Shown here: one piece after another, positions 7,833 to 8,973 of the stretch
Position numbering within the stretch: the stretch's first letter is position 1
Layout: every line of letters begins with the position of its first letter
Source of the DNA: a virus
Taxonomy: Duplodnaviria; Heunggongvirae; Uroviricota; Caudoviricetes
Length of the DNA: 8,973 nt
IMG/VR virus record: IMGVR_UViG_2529292829_000013
Reading direction: 5' to 3' (one strand)
Translations under genes and position numbers: made by a program
The notes under the pieces: model-generated
The model's input: the letters and a program-made list of their open reading frames with translations, nothing else
What the model was told of the DNA's origin: nothing
The model's database searches: none

Positions 7833-8423
7833 TTATATGTCAGGTGTCTGAAGTTTTGCTTTGGCTCTTAAAATGGTTTGCCGCGAGGTTTTGAATTCCC
7901 GGGCAATGGCACTTATACTTACACCTGACTTAATTCGTTCGAATACCACCTGTTTCTGTTCTTCATTTAACACAGGTGGTCGACCAAAACGTTTCCCTGC
8001 GCCGCGGGCTCTTACTATCCCGGAATGAGTGCGTTCAAGTAAAAGGTCTCGTTCAAATTCAGCGACTGCTGAAATTACTTGCATCATCATTTTTCCTGTT
8101 GGACTGGTCAGGTCAATGCCACCCAATGCCAAGCAATGCACTCTGATACCTGTTTCGGTCAGTTGTTCCACTGTTTTCCTGATATCCATTGCATTACAAC
8201 CAAGGCGATCCAGTTTTGTCACAATCAATTGATCACCACATTTCAGGCGAGCAAGCAACCGGTTAAAACCAGGACGCTCACTGGTTGCTGCTGAGCCGCT
8301 AATGTGTTCTTCGATTATTTGCTGAGGTTTGATTTTAAAACCTGCACTTTCGATTTCCCGGCGTTGATTTTCGGTGGTCTGATCCAGCGTTGATATCCGA
8401 CAGTAAGCAAAAATTTGAGACAT
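7833..8423 (-). CDS. pinQ: Serine recombinase / DNA invertase of the Pin/Gin/Hin family
   Basis: 196 aa, [31 protein letters not shown]... with the catalytic Ser motif (YCRIST) and a C-terminal HTH ([18 protein letters not shown]). Confidence 0.9.
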   Translation of the reverse strand: MSQIFAYCRISTLDQTTENQRREIESAGFKIKPQQIIEEHISGSAATSERPGFNRLLARLKCGDQLIVTKLDRLGCNAMDIRKTVEQLTETGIRVHCLALGGIDLTSPTGKMMMQVISAVAEFERDLLLERTHSGIVRARGAGKRFGRPPVLNEEQKQVVFERIKSGVSISAIAREFKTSRQTILRAKAKLQTPDI

Positions 8424-8739
8424 AGTGAGACTCTATACGAAATTGGTGTTCATATCATAATGCATCTCAGAAAATAATTATGATTATTTTTGTGCATATT
8501 TGTATGTACACGTTCGAAAATAAACGAATGCGTATGCAACCCCGTAATTTTGGTGAGACCCAAAATCGATTTTGTGAAAAATGGCTTTAACTCGGTTTGT
8601 TTTTCGAGTTCCGGGCGGACTCAAGGAAGAAGAATAGTGTTGCGTGTTATTTTAACCAGATTTCAAGTTGTTTGGACGTGGAAAAGTGGAGCAAAATGTT
8701 GTTGAAGTGGAAAAATGATAAAAAAGTAAGTTTATTATA

Positions 8740-8973
8740 TTACATTTTACCATTTAAATTTTGGTTGTCTTTAAGAACTGATATCGCTGTTTGTAATAAT
8801 TCTTTGTTATCCAGCCATGATTTTTTCTTTATGTTTCCTTCAATGTAATCAAGCAATGTTCTGGTATTAATAGGTCTTCCCTGTTTTGCTACTTCCACTA
8901 CAGCATCCCCTAGGATAATTCTTACTTCAGGAAGCTGCGCAGGGAACCACTTTAGGGTGTCTTTTGATTTCAT
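8740..8973 (-). CDS. ydfK: YdfK/YnaE-family small prophage protein (cold-shock-associated); start codon is the last three bases of the window
   Basis: 77 aa, MKSKDTLKWFPAQLPEVRIILGDAVVEVAKQGRPINTRTLLDYIEGNIKKKSWLDNKELLQTAISVLKDNQNLNGKM. Confidence 0.85.
   Translation of the reverse strand: MKSKDTLKWFPAQLPEVRIILGDAVVEVAKQGRPINTRTLLDYIEGNIKKKSWLDNKELLQTAISVLKDNQNLNGKM

Noticed and set aside
8029-8294. Plus-strand ORFs 8029-8232 and 8079-8294
   Set aside because: Antisense to the recognisable pin invertase gene.
8490-8848. Plus-strand ORFs 8490-8705 and 8597-8848
   Set aside because: Span the pin-ydfK intergenic region and overlap ydfK on the opposite strand; no RBS and implausible products.

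Overview
This window reads as a decayed Qin/Rac-like lambdoid prophage segment from an enterobacterial (E. coli/Shigella-type) genome; all calls rest on reading the sequence and recalled protein families, with no searches run. Left to right: the right end of an IS3 element (1-331); a 5'-truncated AraC/AppY-like regulator; a phage-21-type lysis cassette (dual-start pinholin, an unusually long ydfR-like ORF with a convergent 86-aa ORF, SAR endolysin, Rz with embedded Rz1); a cold-shock/moron cluster (cspI, a zinc-ribbon small ORF, ynfN-like, gns-like, a 68-aa ORF); a lambda-like cos site about 185 bp upstream of a truncated Nu1-type terminase gene (nohQ-like); that fragment fused directly to the C-terminal part of a side tail fibre gene carrying a 1-nt frameshift; then a tail fibre assembly gene, a Pin-type serine invertase and ydfK. 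The whole head/tail morphogenesis module is missing. I do not see a clear, complete novel system. The most second-look-worthy items are the extra DNA between holin and endolysin, the tail fibre frameshift, the zinc-ribbon ORF overlapping cspI, and the palindromes near the orphan invertase.
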